NCBI GenBank assembly: GCA_030704615.1
Contig: CM060732.1
Coordinates: 45,198,001 to 45,262,000 of the forward strand
From: Takakia lepidozioides
Lineage: Eukaryota > Plantae > Bryophyta
Direction of reading: 5' to 3'
DNA length: 64,000 nucleotides
Shown here: positions 23,601-35,539 of the stretch, one piece after another
Layout: each line of letters starts with the position of its first letter
Numbering within the stretch: position 1 is the first letter of the stretch
Position numbers and translations under genes: made by a program
The notes under the pieces: model-generated
Told to the model about the DNA's origin: nothing
Database searches by the model: none
The model's input: the letters and a program-made list of their open reading frames with translations, nothing else

Positions 23601-26600
23601 TGCCAAGTGGGGTCCTAGCGAGAAATGCTGCAAGGCTTGCACTATGCCTCCAGCGCACCGTTCTGTAGCTCGATATAATTTTTCATTATCTTTACCATGT
23701 TCCTCGTACCATTGTATCAACTCTGGCATGGCATTTCCGACCTGGAAGACATTGATGACAGTTGTAATACCCTCAGAGATACGATCTCAAAACTCCCCAG
23801 ACAACATTAGGAAGAAGTTCCACCCATCTAGAAAACAGTGATGCCAAATCTAACACTACAATGAGCGAATTACTAAGGCAGATCTAGGAGGGGACAGTCC
23901 CTAACCATGTAGATCATTAGATTGTGCATGATGCTGCACTAAATGGCTGGGGTAACCCACAACTTTGTAGAAGCCAGTGCACCGACAGTGATAACAACAA
24001 AAATCTCACCGATTGAACTAGGCTAAAGAGTAAGTCCTTTTTTCTCTTCAAACAGTCTGTATCCATCAGGGGAAAAAGATCAGCCCCAAAGTAACTTTGT
24101 CATGATGGATCTGAGATGTCTACTCACCAGAACTCCATTCACACCTTTGACTTCAAAGAGCTCTATATCATTTCCTGAATCCCCACAGACCAATGTCTTC
24201 TGCGGATGCCACCCTTCAGCCCTCATCTTCTGCATTAGATAAGCCAGCGCTTCTCCCTTGCCAGCCCCTTGCGGCAGCACATCCAGGTCGATGCCATGAC
24301 TATAGATCAATTTCACCTTGAGCTGCTTGCACATTCCACTGCCTTCTCAATTGCTGAAATGTGACCGTTCGTATGTACTGAGAGACAACATGAGAGCGAG
24401 TCTTTCTTACGAATGGAACATGCTAATGCAAACAATGCTAGTTCACAGTATCATTTTCGTTCCTGAACATGTCCATGATGGCAGTTCAACCATTTTTAAG
24501 ACACTTGAAAAAACATATAAGAAATCAGGCCTGTTCATCCATTGACTCTCTTTGAGCAGTATAACAGTCCTAGGATAACATTTAGAGCACAAGACACTGA
24601 AAACCCCCATATGCTTATTAAGGTGGGAGCACAACGGCCAAGTGCATCTCCTAGGCGTCAGTGGGACCGATGGGGACTGAACAAGTAAATCACTTTCCAA
24701 AGTTAACAGGGGCATGGTCTATCTACCATCCACACCAGTATTTGCACACGCACCACCCCACAGTGATGGAAAGCATCCCAACATAATGCCTGGTTAATAA
24801 AATGGAGAACCATCTGGGCACCTTGTGACTTCTTGCTAACTGAGAACCAAGAGAGCCCATTGTGGCAAGAGTGCATACCCCCCGGTCTTGAAGCCGTAAG
24901 GTTAGCGTCTTGATAGTATCTTGAGCATCCTGCTTAGTCACCCTGAAGCTTACTTTGTGAGGCCGTTGTTCTGACTCGTCCTGCGCAGTGCATTCATCCA
25001 TTGCATTTTTGTCATGAACCACCCCAAAGTGACGTCAATATTTAATGAACCTCTTAAAATTCTGTGCGTCCGAAATGTAGGCCCACAGGTGAAAAACGAT
25101 GTGACTTCATTTTTTGTGTTTCTCCCTCTATCTCACTATCATACATTCCCTTCATTTCATACATTCCCTTTAAAGAAAAGGAGGTTTGCATCGTGATACG
25201 TGTAGTCAATACATGCCTGAAACTGGAGATGTGGAAATCGCTTAGCCTCCTCAACAACCACAGCACGGTTCCAGTCATCGTTGAGGTAGCTCACCCACCC
25301 CTTGTCTGGCTCCAAAGAGGAGCCATACAGGATCTCGGTACCAACAGAGAAAATGCCAATGCCAGGTGTCAAAAGTGGGACTTGCTGACGCAGCTCCTTG
25401 TACTTCTCTGGTGATCGGCCACTTGAAAAAACTAAGAGTGAGTTGTGCGCATACTCTGCGGACCACAAATTGTTGAATCGCAACAGTGCTGAGTTTGATG
25501 AGTCCTTGTGATCTACCTGCCAGTGATGGAAGCTCAAATATGCCAATCAGATAATTTGACCTTCCTGTATTGAAATTGTCCTACATGAGGCAAAAATTCA
25601 TGGTGTGTCAATATCACTTGGCAAACTTACAGACCTAACAACACCAAATAATGGCAGGCAATTACAGTTGAACACTTGGTCAGTGATAGCTAAGACTTTG
25701 CTGCAGTGACCATGAAGGGTGTCTGAATTTTGTAGGCCCATTAAGCTGTAGCTCCTGAAGTTAATCAGCCCTTGGGTTAGAGGCCACGGTCCCAGTCAAC
25801 AGTACATTACAATGCCAAAGACATTTAAGGAAAGAGCACATCTGGTGAAGAATGAAATGACCCAGGCATCATGGATCTGGCATCCATAAGGATAATAAGA
25901 AGCTGCAAAGCTGGAAGCATAACCACCAATTTGCAGCTAATGCTTAAGGAAACATGAGTGGTTGTAACCACACACATCCTACAGCAAACTGGGATCAAGT
26001 ATTGGATCTTGAAGACCAGCTTTGAGGTGCTAGATTTGCAACTGCAATATGTCTCCTTTCCACAAAAGACAAAGTATTCTATCCATTAAGACCAGTCGGG
26101 AGCAGGCCACGAGACTGTCCCAACCTAATGGGTCTGAAGCAGGTCGCGAGAGCGCTCAAAACCCACCCACCACGCAGACTCTGCCTTACCCACGTCAGGT
26201 CACAATCAGCTGATTAATATAAATTCGTTGCTTAGAGTATGCATTGATTAGAGTATGCAACTGTCTGCATTGATTAAAGGACAGACTCTACTAAGCATCT
26301 CTTGACTGAATTATATCTATTATTCCTCAAGACATTTTCTGGGATACCAGTACAGCTCAATTATTTTTCTGGCCGCTGATGTACAATCACTAGATTACTC
26401 CCAGAAAATCTGAACTTCAAACTTGTGAAGAGCTCAGAAATTTCCTAGCAATCCTGTGTGTCCTCGTCAATAGAAGAATGTAGCATGTAAAGGGCAACCA
26501 GAAGATCTACAACTGATATTTTTCGTCTGCGCAAAGCCCGAGAAAGAGCACCTTAACCCCCCCCCCTCCCACCCTGTAAGATTTCATTCGCTGCCAATCA

Positions 26601-27108
26601 GCCCTGCTCAATCCATGAACTCAATATCTGTGCACTCAATGTGAACTCAATCTGTGAAGAACTCAATTTTTCCACGTCGTGGCAGCTTCTACAGCTGAAT
26701 TATGGAAAATATTACCATGTTTCCAGTGGAACGACTAAATGTAATGAGGTATAACAGTTGCATCCGTACCATTGTCAAATCAAGGTCGGAGACAAGCATG
26801 AGGTGGGCGGAGGAAGTGTTCCGGGTGTTCCCCGCAGGAACATCACGCACCACGCCCCGCTGGGAATCCGCCCTACAAACACCACCTTTGGTCAAATAAG
26901 AGGTTCTTGCAGATGCATCTCTCGTCCTTGCAGGTCGGATTCCCTGTGAAGTTGCTACCATTGGAAATGGGGGCAAGTGTGCACCCAATGCAGCGCAGAC
27001 CCACGATCCATGCTCATGTTTTCGACCTAAGTGGGTCCTGGAAATTCTAATCTGAAAGTGAAAACGAGGAGACATGCAAACGCCACCACAGCCCACCATC
27101 GCTTGCAT
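20678..27108 (-). CDS. SPP: Sucrose-phosphate phosphatase (HAD S6PP + S6PP_C), 8 exons
   Basis: Exons: ..[11 protein letters not shown] (ends 26770) / 25516-25217 [21 protein letters not shown] / 24980-24879 EQRPHKVSF / 24322-24128 [24 protein letters not shown] / 23741-23421 / 21522-21333 VYPWGVE..FHTWID / [15 protein letters not shown] / [14 protein letters not shown] (20678). Start uncertain (ATG at 27108, 27099, 27075 or 26961). Confidence 0.9.
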
Positions 27109-27301
27109 CCTCTGCAGAGCCTCCTGCCTTTCTCTTCCCTCTGCCTCTCTTCTGCCCTTCCTAACTTGCAGTTGGCGCCACACGTGCCACACGCGGCGTT
27201 CTGTGGTTGGACAGAATTACACGTTTCTCATAGCTTCTCAGTTGAGAAAGAAAAGACTCTGTTTTCCTTTCTTTTGCTGGGCAGAAGCAGGCAGCACTGA
27301 C

Positions 27302-27795
27302 GCTCAAAGGCTTGGGCTTTGTGAATTCCACGTTCACTGCCATCGACCCCACATCTTTCTTTATCCTCAACTCCACTGTCAGGGTCATCAACCCCAAAGC
27401 AGCTCACCCAATTGCTCCCACTGGCATTGTCCGCTGAAGAGATTGCAGAGATATGGAGTGCATTTGTAGAGAGTCCTTGTTCACTTGTTCTGAACCTAGT
27501 TCACCTTAAGCCACAACAGATCACATTTATCTCTGGGTCAATTTGGTTAGTATCCAACACAGTCTGTTCAATGATTATTGTTTTGTCTGAATGTTGTGAT
27601 GGCAAGTCAAACATGGAGGTTCCTGCGAAGTTAGCATCCTTGACCTATGTTCTGTGTATGGAAGGGGTCAGGAATCACTCTGTAATTTTGATGCAGGGAA
27701 GTGCTCAACGTATTCCTGCACAGTTTAACAACTGATAGCTGAAAGGAAGGTGGCATAGTCTGCCTCCATGGTTGGATAACCGCTCACAAGTAGTC
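27302..27795 (-). repeat. ~490-bp dispersed repeat, copy B (inverted partner of 18389-18877), just upstream of SPP
   Basis: See copy A. The shadow peptides GSMAVNVEFTKPK and GSMALNVELTKPK correspond. Confidence 0.85.
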
Positions 27796-28286
27796 AGGCA
27801 ATGTCAGAACACGAGAGCAAAGTGCTCACCAGCATTGTTGTTCTGACTCAATCTTCTGTGGCCTTTTTGTGCTTAGGTATGAACCCACTACTGATTCTAG
27901 CATCCGTAATCGTGCAATGCAACACTGGAGGTCAACAGTCCAATGGAGCTTTTTGATCCACAGGGTATCAAAAAATGCTTTCAACAATAACAGCTATTTA
28001 GACTGAGTAAAGCTCTATAAACACTGAGGATGGAGAGCCTGGAGAATGTTAGAACCCTTCTAGAGCTAATTGCATAGTTTCACTGAAATTGGTTCATTTG
28101 AGCACTGTCAACGAGATATGGTGGATGCACGGACACGTTTGTGATGGGCAGAAATGGGGCGAGTGCTGGGTCGTTCTTCTTCACAACAAATGCAAAATCG
28201 AAGGAAGATCCCTGTGACTGCTCACCCATCTCCTTTTGTCTGGTGTCGAAGCTTTCCACTATGGGGGACGAGAGATAGAGAGAGAA

Positions 28287-28974
28287 TTAGAGACCGTTGA
28301 CACCGAACGTGGGCAAGCCAGTACAAGGTGGGCATGTACAAGTTGGTTTCAACAACCTGGAAACACAATTCAGTGCTACCAGGCAACTCGCCCAAGTCGC
28401 AAGCTTCCAGAAGAGAGGATGGCGTGCTTGTGAGGTCACCGCTCTGGCTTTTCTCTGTTCCGGCTGTCCTGTTTCCTTCTTGCTTGTTCCATTCTTATGC
28501 ATTTTATGAGCTTCTACATACGGGGGGCAATTGTTGTTGGAAAAGGAAGGGGAGGGCGAAAGCTCTTCCAATTCCGAAATGCGATGCCAGACAGGGTTAC
28601 TCACGGGAAGCACAGATAGGCGCAGCTGCTTCAGAAGCACAAAGTCTGCTATGTCGTCTTCCGTTTTGAGCAGAGCCAGGGGCACGGGCTTGGGAAGGGG
28701 ATGGAGTACCTGCACGTCCACCATACCGCACTTGCCGGTACCTGACATGAGATGGGTCGGGGTAGAACCCCTTCACCTCTTGCACCACGCCCACGGCTGC
28801 GGGGCTCTTCCCGGTGTGATAGAAGAAGCAGAAATCACCCTCCTGCATGCTCCTCAAATGCTTCTGCGCCTGCGCATTGCGCACACCATCCCACTGCGAA
28901 ACACCTCCATTGTGGGCCTGCTCCCGCCATCCAAATTCTGCGGGCTCTGTTTTGAGCAGCCAGTACGACGCCAT
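28287..28974 (-). pseudogene. EVE-domain (THYN1-like) gene, intronless, frameshift near 28745
   Basis: MASYWLLKTEP..WDGVRNAQAQKHLRSMQEGDFCFFYHTG..FYPDPS, then in another frame TGKCGMVDV..LKQLRLSVLPV..W. This is the classic EVE signature. Confidence 0.85.
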
Positions 28975-31029
28975 GGAGACTTTGTAAAAGGAGGTTTTGA
29001 GTAGATACTGACCTAGAGCCCTTTTACGTTGGCTACAGTCGGGGAAAGTGAGAGATACTGGTAATGTTATGCAGTTATTCGGAAGAGGCATGTGCTAAGG
29101 GCGCAGCACTTTAAGGATCCGTGCACAATGTGATCAAGCTGCATTTGCAGCCCAAGGAGCATTGCCATTGCTATGCAGGCAATGCGAGCGTGTGTTTGCT
29201 CCAATGGTGAAGAGGAACAAAGAGACCCCTCAGTTGTTTTCGGGAAGACTGGGGGATATGACTTATGTGGAGACGAGATTTGCTTTTCTTTATGTGCAGA
29301 CTGTGTGATTTGCTACATTGAGGACATTCTGAGGAAAGTGGTCATGAATACGAGAAGAATGTCGTTTGATTTGCTTTGGGATGTGACGTAGATTGAGAGA
29401 GAGGTGCACTCAGGATCAGGAATGGCAGTGATGCATGAAAGTTTAGCAAACCATGATATGACTGTGGTGCATGGTGCTCCTGATCGTGTGGCTGTGCAGG
29501 GTCGAATCAAAGAAGCTCCATCTTGCCGCGTCCTAACTACTCTACTCTTTATGACTGCTTGTGATCAGGTATTCCTCGAGCCTGGTATTGAGCCTGGTCA
29601 ACCTTGGTCTGCTTGGGCAGCAATTGTCTGACGTGAATGTGCACCACGTCAAATCAGTTCTGTGACTCCAACAGCCCAAGTGAGGTCAACTTCTTGCCTG
29701 TCCAATCCTTCCTGGCTGGATATATGCCACCCAAAGATAAGTAAAGCTGAATCTCATTTGTCCTTGTCAAGTGGATAGCATTCTTTTTCTTGGCACTTGG
29801 ACACTTGTCAGAAGCTTTTGGGTGGTAAGGGTTGCTAAGCCCTGTTATTTGGTTCATCTAACAAGCCTGCTGTTTTCTTCTGTTTTCTTGTCTCTCTCTC
29901 TCCCAACCTGCTTGCACATCACTCAGGACAAGGATTTAAAACGAATGGCGATTGACGATTGAAGGCATTTTTGGAAATTGAAGACAGGAATTGTTCCAGG
30001 AGGGAGGAAGCAGCAATGGCAGGGAGTTGGTTGTTCTATATTACACTTTGAACAGCTCATCAACAGACCTGCAAGGGTCAGTGAATTTCTACAGTGTAAG
30101 GAGGTGCGTCATCTTACCCACGTTGACTCTCCCTGTCCCCTCTTCAACTACCCATATCACAGAAGTATTACCTTTCACTTGAGCCTCCCATCATATGATC
30201 TATATGATAGCAGACTAATCCCTTCTGGTAATTGCTCAGGTTATGCTATGTGTTGAACGGAGAGCTTTACTAGCCAATGAAATTTCAAGCTGCGAGGCCA
30301 TATCAAAGCCCTTTGGTATTCCCTCGTTCTATCTAGGCTTTGTACATTCCTTCAGTGACTTCATAATGAGGAATGTGTCTGCTCTAGACTGAAAGAAGGA
30401 AAAAAAGGAGGGTTTATGATGTTAGCCTATGAGACCAAAGACCAAAAATATCCTATGAAGAGTTCCAATACCAAACTGAAACAAGTGAAAAACAGGAGGC
30501 AGCGGAGAGACACTTTTTCCTCCCCAAGACTTCCAAATGAGGGGACCTATTACAGATCACAGTAACTGAGCTACCCTCCACCTTTCCTTCCTCCTCTCAA
30601 TCCTTCACTGTTACATGGCTTCCACAAACAAGAGAGGTGGACTGAGAAATGTAGAAATATCTTGGTCAGCAGCTTTTTGTACCACTTTGCCCATCATTGT
30701 TTTTAAAATCACTCAAATCTGTCTATACTTTCATGAAGAAATTATCTCCCAGATTCTTTTTTTGGATCATGAGGTCACGATCGATCTGGATATCTTCTCA
30801 AACCGCGCAAGATCATAGTGAACTAATGCTTTGATCCGGACAAGCTGCCTGCATTGCCTTTCTATGCCAAACAATATTCAAAACCAAGGACAAATACTCC
30901 ATAATAGCTGGTCCATTCCTCAATTTAAAGTATAACGTCAGCATCTTCACCAATCAGAAGATGACAATTGGCACCCGGCTTTGGGACTAAGGATGTTTTT
31001 CTAGAAGTCGAGGGCGGGTGGGTACAAAT

Positions 31030-31115
31030 CATCCCAGTACTATTCCGGCCCAAAGGCGCTTAACTTCAGAGTTCTGATGGGATCTGGTGTAGTAGCCTTG
31101 GTATGACCGCACCAC
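31030..31115 (-). rRNA. 5S rRNA gene, 3'-truncated (first ~86 nt; pseudogene)
   Basis: Reverse complement GTGGTGCGGTCATACCAAGGCTACTACACCAGATCCCATCAGAACTCTGAAGTTAAGCGCCTTTGGGCCGGAATAGTACTGGGATG is bryophyte-type 5S. It breaks off inside box C. Confidence 0.92.
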
Positions 31116-31139
31116 GACATGAGTTGCCCTCGCTTCCTA

Positions 31140-31145
31140 CTTATA
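31140..31145 (-). promoter_or_regulatory. TATA-like element at -30/-25 of the 5S gene
   Basis: TATAAG 30 nt upstream of +1, with C at -1, as in plant 5S upstream spacers. Confidence 0.6.
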
Positions 31146-31384
31146 CTGGCTCCTTCTCTCTTCATTGGCCTCATGCATGTAGGGCCACGGACATGCGACA
31201 TATCGGCCCCCCAAAATAACATAAAGTAAAAAGGCTGGCAGCCTTCACTTTCCCGGGCCGCCATGTCAAACTTGGCACAAAAATAGTCTTGCGTACAAAT
31301 CAGGGCAGTTTTGGGGGCCAGAAGCCCTATCCATGTAAGGGTTGTTCGCGGAGTGAAACGCGGCTACGGCCACCCGACGGCGGG

Positions 31385-32041
31385 CGGGCGGGCGCTGCAC
31401 CCCATCAAATGCACGCTTGAGCAGTGCGGGTGGCATCAAGTTAGTCCACCATAGCCGTGGACGATGAGCCCGTGACCCCACTGTTGCTGCATCTAGCAAC
31501 ACTGCTAACCCAAGCCACGACCGGACTTGATGCACACTGGCCATCACCCTGGCCCGAGAATCGTCCATCAGTGGCACATTCTCCAAGATGTATGATGGAG
31601 ATACAGCTTGATGAAGCTGCAAGTGGCGCAAAATCCGCATCATCTCCCAAAACAGACCCGACCTCGAGTCTCGCAATGGATTGCCATGCCCGGCTGATGA
31701 ATACCCTTGGCAAGGCCAACCTGCCACTACCAGATCAATGGAGCCAACCCGCTCCAAATCTTGCGTCCCCAGCAACGAAATGTCTGCTGGCAAGGCCTGT
31801 TGATATCCACGAATTGCAGACACCGACAACAACTCAGGTACCGCTGCACCAACTGAGCAACATGGCGAAGTGAAACGCGTCGTGCAGTCTCATCCCTCTC
31901 CACATACAGGTATCGCCGAACTCGTACACCTGCCTGTAACACAGTAGCCAATCCGGTGCTGATCCCGCCAAACAAGTCCAGAAGACAAATGTCTTCATCC
32001 GGATACTGCCACACAATAGGTGTGGTGTCCAATGGAGACAA
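31385..32041 (-). pseudogene. DNMT3-like DNA (cytosine-5)-methyltransferase domain, motifs I-VIII, frameshifted and truncated
   Basis: ICLLDLFGGISTGLATVLQAGVRVRRYLYVE (I/II), DLVVAGWPCQG (IV), YILENV (VI), RAHRPRLWWTNL (VIII; compare DNMT3 AAHRARYFWGNL). Confidence 0.88.
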
Positions 32042-32396
32042 CTGAGGTGGTCCTGGTGCAATCCCGCACTCTCCTCCTCTCCTGACGGTACAAAAGCCTC
32101 CACTCAGGCTTGTTGCACCCGTCGATCAGCATCCCACTGCAAATCCTTGCTCGTGCCCCACAATGGAGTCTGAGCAACCATGGTAGGCAACTCCGTCATA
32201 CCATACATGTCATCCTGCTCTCCCGGAGGTGGCACATCCTGAATGAGCGTTGCCCTCAAGCAACTCTCTAGGCCAACTCACTGCCGCTGTGAATGCTGCT
32301 AGTGTCGGCATCTTGCCTTGCTGGGCAACCGCAACTCCTCCTATGAACGTCACAGGGAGCTGCACACGCCGGCCCTCCCCTGACTGCCATGCAGGC

Positions 32397-33284
32397 CTAT
32401 AGGAAGCTGACTCCTCCCAAAAAATCCAGGGTGAAGCCCATGGGGTACAACACTGCCCCACCAACCAGAACATTGTATGAGACCGCGTCTGTCACAATGG
32501 CCTTGGCTTGCATCAGTGAGCCATCTGTAGGGTGATCTGGCCGTAGTCTGATAGCCAACTCACGCCGTGTCATGCCCCGAGCCTGCTCCGATCCTCCTAG
32601 AGACGTCTGTATTTGGAAAGGACAAGGCTCCATATCCGCCTCCGTGAGGCCCAAGCCTGCAATAGCAGCTCTGCCCAGCATCAGTGGCTGAGCTCCCGAA
32701 TCCAACAAGACCCGCAGTGGCCGGTATCTTTTGCTTGCCGGTCCACTCAAATAGAAAATGTCATCCTGGTTGTTTAACATGACAACTCCAGGTGTCACCA
32801 TGGCGCGCTCAATGGCTGGCCTAGCTGGCAGCTCCATCAACCTGGCAGCTGCAGCTTGCCATGGCGCCGTTGTGGCAGTCTTGACCCTCAAATCCGAGGA
32901 TCCCTCCGGCACTACACCTCCCACTATCTCCGCAGAAGATGAAGTAACCTCCCCACTCTCACAGAATGTAGCTGCCAGCCTGAACACCTCAGCTGGTCTT
33001 ACCCCCGGCGTCGCAATCATGGTAGCCGAGAACAATGGAGCCTGGCACACAGATGTGGCCGCTCCTAGCAGCACACTAGCTGCCGTAGCCTTGGCAACAC
33101 TAGGTAGTGGTGCTACCCATGTAGCTCTCCCCAATGGCATAGTAACCTCCGCCTCGGCAACAGTCGGGCGAGAACTAGGTGCCATGGATGGCGTCGACAC
33201 CTGTCTCTGCCAATGTGAATGACTGAGGAAGCCTAGCCTGACGGCTTGCCTCCCCACGTTGTGGATCCAACGCCACCTCTGCAT
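32397..33284 (-). pseudogene. Retroviral-type aspartic protease region of pol
   Basis: RVLLDSGAQPLMLG..YNVLVGGAVL: D-S-G catalytic motif and a C-terminal ILG-like motif. Confidence 0.8.
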
Positions 33285-33525
33285 CTCGTGGCTCAGGAAC
33301 TCGTTCTGCTCCTCAAGTCACGGCTGCAGTAGACTCCACCTGCACTAGTGGTAGTGCTGCTCCACACATAAATCCCATGCCTCCCATATCTCCTCCCTCA
33401 GGAGCAGGAGGTGGACCATCCGGCCTTAGAGCCGGTACCACCTGAGCTGTAGCCATGGCAGCGAGCCTCTGCTCTAGCTGCTATAGCCGGTTGGCCATGC
33501 CTTGGTCAACCCCCTGACCTCCGCG

Positions 33526-34923
33526 TCATTGGCCATGTTGAGCTTGCCCTTGGCCTGCACCTCGTGGCTGGCCACCTCGTCCTCTCTGGGCTGCTCCACC
33601 TCGCCCCCGGCCACCATTGTTCCCTTGGAACTGGCCTGGGCGCAACTCAGGATGCAAACCATAACACTGGGCCTCTCCATGCCCGTGCTTGCCACAATGC
33701 CCACACTGCAACTGTGCAGGCTGTGCATGTGCCGGCCCTTTGCCTCCCTCTGGGCAATCCTTCTTGACATGGGGTCCTCCACATGTCCAGCACACCACAT
33801 CCGCCCGTTGTTGGCCAACAAATGAAGGGAGAGACCCCTGCATCTGAGGTCCTCTCTGCCCTTCCCTGAGCTTCACCTGAGCCCCCTTGTTGCCTTGAGC
33901 ACGTTGAGGTAGTGGTTGGCTAGGTACACCACTACCCCGTGGTGTCTCCTTAGCAAATCCCACCATGACCACTCGTTCCTCCACCATGTTGAGCTCTATC
34001 CGCTCTACCAGCAAAAACACATTTGCTAAGGTGGGTTGGGCCGCTTGTAGGAGAGTTGCATCCCGCACCCTTCTCCTCAGCTCCTTGTCCAATATCCCAT
34101 ACCAGAATTGGACTGCCTGAGCTTCCGTAACCCCTTGGGTTACATTTATCAAGCGCCTCATGCAAGTGAAAGCCTCCCTCAAGCTCTCGGTCGGCTTCCG
34201 TTGGAACTCTTGCAAGCTCCGCAACTTCTCTGTCCTCACCCCTTGGTAGTTTCCTCTCAACTCTTCAAAGAACTCCACAACAGGGTTGAAGGCAGGCACG
34301 GGTGTTAGTGCCGGTGCGGTAGTGGCTTGGGTGGACGTCGTAGCTACTGTACCACCAGTCCCACTAGTCCCACTGCTACTTGCTGAAGCTGCCGGTGCAG
34401 CGGCAGGTGTAGCCACTGCCCTCGTGGCTCTAGTGCCCCTAGTGATGGAGACATAGTCGGGTGACCAGTACATCCTCCACTCCTCGATCTCAACCTCATG
34501 CCCCCGCCTGAACTCATGGTAATCATCCATAGGCGGCCCCTCAAGGTGCTGAAACAGTCCCTTCCATGCCATGAAAGGCGTAAATAGTTGTGGATTGCAC
34601 ATTTGCTGCAAAATCACACCAACTATCAAACTCTTGGATAAAATCATCCAACTCGATGGTGCCCACCGCCCCAGAGTACCTCGTGGCCCCTTGGTAGCTC
34701 CATACATCTCCTCCATTGTGTCCCACAACAATGGCAAAGAAACAACTTGCACCGCCGGTATGAGTCCTCCTGATTCACAATCCGAATCAGAACCTTCCGT
34801 AGAAGACACAGGAGGTGAAGGTGGCCTAAACCGCACACCTCGTCTCGTGTACCCACTAGTATTGCTAGTGCTCGAACCGGCACTGTCCCCAGCAACTAGT
34901 GGCATCTCCGTGTTGACACTCAA
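33526..34923 (-). pseudogene. Retrotransposon gag with two zinc knuckles
   Basis: 465-aa ORF with a retrotransposon gag-like core, CX2CX3HX4C and CX2CX4HX4C knuckles and an RGG-rich tail. Local compensating frameshifts near 34600-34700. Confidence 0.8.
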
Positions 34924-35539
34924 CCGGTCATGAACATGTCCCTAACCCCCTCTCCACAAGGTAACCGGGTAAGAAACCTGTTGCGGCTTATGGTTTGGAA
35001 TACTAAGTTCCTAACATAGCCTACACATGTACCTGCATCCACCGCAAGCACTCCTATGGTTGGCTGGTCATCACCTCCAACCTCACCATAGGAGAAACAA
35101 TGATGGTCTGGCTGGTCATCACCCCAGCCTCACCATCAACAGCATGCTCTAGGACTGGCCGGTGATCAAATCCGGACCAATCACCTATAAAACAAGCGCG
35201 CCACACAAAACTGGCATGGCGCACAGTCAAGCATGCAGGTATGGAGGGGATCCAAACACAAGAAATCAGAACGACAACTCCCCCGCACCAAAAAAAACTT
35301 CACGGTGTTGCTCCTGCAATGACACCCCAGCCCAAACCCGGACTGACTCTTGCCTCCACCTACGGAAAGGTCTTGGCCTAATGAGAGGGTGGAAACTACG
35401 AGGAAGAGAAGCTAAAGCAATGCCTAACCCCAGCATGCCCTCATCCCAACACTCTTCATCTCCTCTCTTCTCTCACTTGCATGACCATGGGAATATCATG
35501 AAGATACTCCTCAAACCGCCCTCCCGTCCACAGGTCAAC

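Noticed and set aside
31385-32041. Bacterial restriction-modification methylase or contamination
   Set aside because: It follows gag and protease in two copies and is embedded among intron-containing plant genes.
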